Positions 63,082 to 64,000 of a stretch of 64,000 nucleotides of DNA are shown piece after piece (position 1 is the first letter of the stretch; each line of letters starts with the position of its first letter). Origin of the DNA: Felis catus (Eukaryota). The position numbers and the translations under genes are program-made. The notes under the pieces are model-generated. The model did no database searches and was not told the DNA's origin. It saw only the letters and a program-made list of their open reading frames with translations. The stretch lies in contig NC_058383.1 of NCBI RefSeq assembly GCF_018350175.1, positions 7,008,001 to 7,072,000 of the forward strand, read 5' to 3'.

Positions 63082-63227
63082 GGGTACCTGGCTGGCTCAG
63101 TCTGAAGAGCATGTGACTCTTGATCTTGGAGTCATGAGTTCGAACTCCATGTTAGGTGTAGAAAGTACTAATAAAAAATAAACTTCATTTTTAAAAACCC
63201 TCCATTTTCTAAATAAATAAGTAAATA
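63082..63227 (+). mobile_element. Short older carnivore SINE
   Basis: gggtacctggctggctcagtc...gagttcgaactcc. TSD ataaaa..gatgcca at ~63067-63081 and ~63228-63242. Confidence 0.8.
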
Positions 63228-63779
63228 ATAAAACCGATGCCAATATTTGAACTACTTTGAACTCACTTCTTCCTGACTCTAAGTTAAATGTTCTTTCAAG
63301 TTCTTGCGTTTGAAAACATTGAAAAACTCCCAGTTGACTGTGGTGTGCTGTTTCTTTAATATACTTGATGATATTTTCTAATATTTAAAATTAACTTATT
63401 AACATTTTATAAGTGAGGTTGGCCTGCAGTTTTCTTTTTAATGATAAATTTATGATATTAAATCTTGAGAAATTCCTCTTCAGAAAAAAAATACAGAGAC
63501 TTCTCTAAGTCCTATAGTTCTAAGAATCACAGCTTTGTCAGAGAAAAGGCTGTAGTGAATATTAAAATTCGCAAAAGTTGTGTAATGAAAAATCCCAGGC
63601 TTTGGAGTCGGACAGTCCTGAGTAGGGCCAGGACTAGGGCAAGGTGAGGTGCCTGGGGTACAAAATTTAAGTAGGCACTCACTCTCCAGGTCCTTCAAGG
63701 GCACAAGTGGCACCTGAAAGTGAGTACTTCCTTAAATCTTGCCCCTCTGGCGTCTCATTTGCTTTACCCTGGTCAGACC

Positions 63780-63940
63780 CCCTGGATCTTAGCCCTGCCT
63801 TCACTACTTCCACGATCTTAGGTGAGTTACTTGAGCTCTTCAAGCCTCAATTATTTTGTTCTGCAAAATGGGTTTGATACTATCTACCTACCTCACAATA
63901 CTGTGTGAGAATTAAGTGAGATATATGATATATCAAGCAG
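63780..63940. mobile_element. MIR (ancient SINE)
   Basis: Core-like 'ggtgagttacttgagctcttcaagcctcaattattttgttctgcaaaatggg...ctacctcacaatactgtgtgagaattaagtgag'. Confidence 0.7.
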
Positions 63941-64000
63941 ACTGCCTGGAATATTACAGGTGCACGTCCAATTTAGTTTCTTTATCCTCTCCACCTTACC

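Overview
Mammalian, non-coding-rich window that is very likely felid. Inferred from tRNA-derived Can-SINEs with (CT)n and 'aataaacgttaaaa' tails and from carnivore-type L1s. It lies inside a tandem CYP3A (cytochrome P450 3A) cluster. It contains the last exon and 3'UTR of one CYP3A gene (2284-~2690, +). It also contains two diverged copies of a ~10-kb intergenic block (copy A ~2670-20390, copy B ~27640-37815). A 5'-truncated CYP3A pseudogene retains only exons 9-12 (53230-60622, +), with a 13-nt frameshifting deletion in exon 11. About half the window is LINE-1 from two lineages with different 5'UTRs, several of them nested. Highlights: (1) a full-length L1 (22142-27642) whose 5'UTR lacks exactly a 429-nt GT-AG intron, i.e. 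a spliced retrotransposed L1 (SpIRE-like). (2) That same L1 has no TSD and joins an older truncated L1 directly to the sequence just after a CYP3A polyA signal, suggesting an L1-associated deletion of a whole CYP3A paralog. (3) An orphaned HNF1/FOXA/HNF4-type motif cluster is kept in both duplicated blocks. No prokaryotic systems, CRISPR arrays or rRNA/tRNA genes were seen. Exon numbers follow the known 13-exon CYP3A structure. Repeat boundaries are read by eye and approximate.
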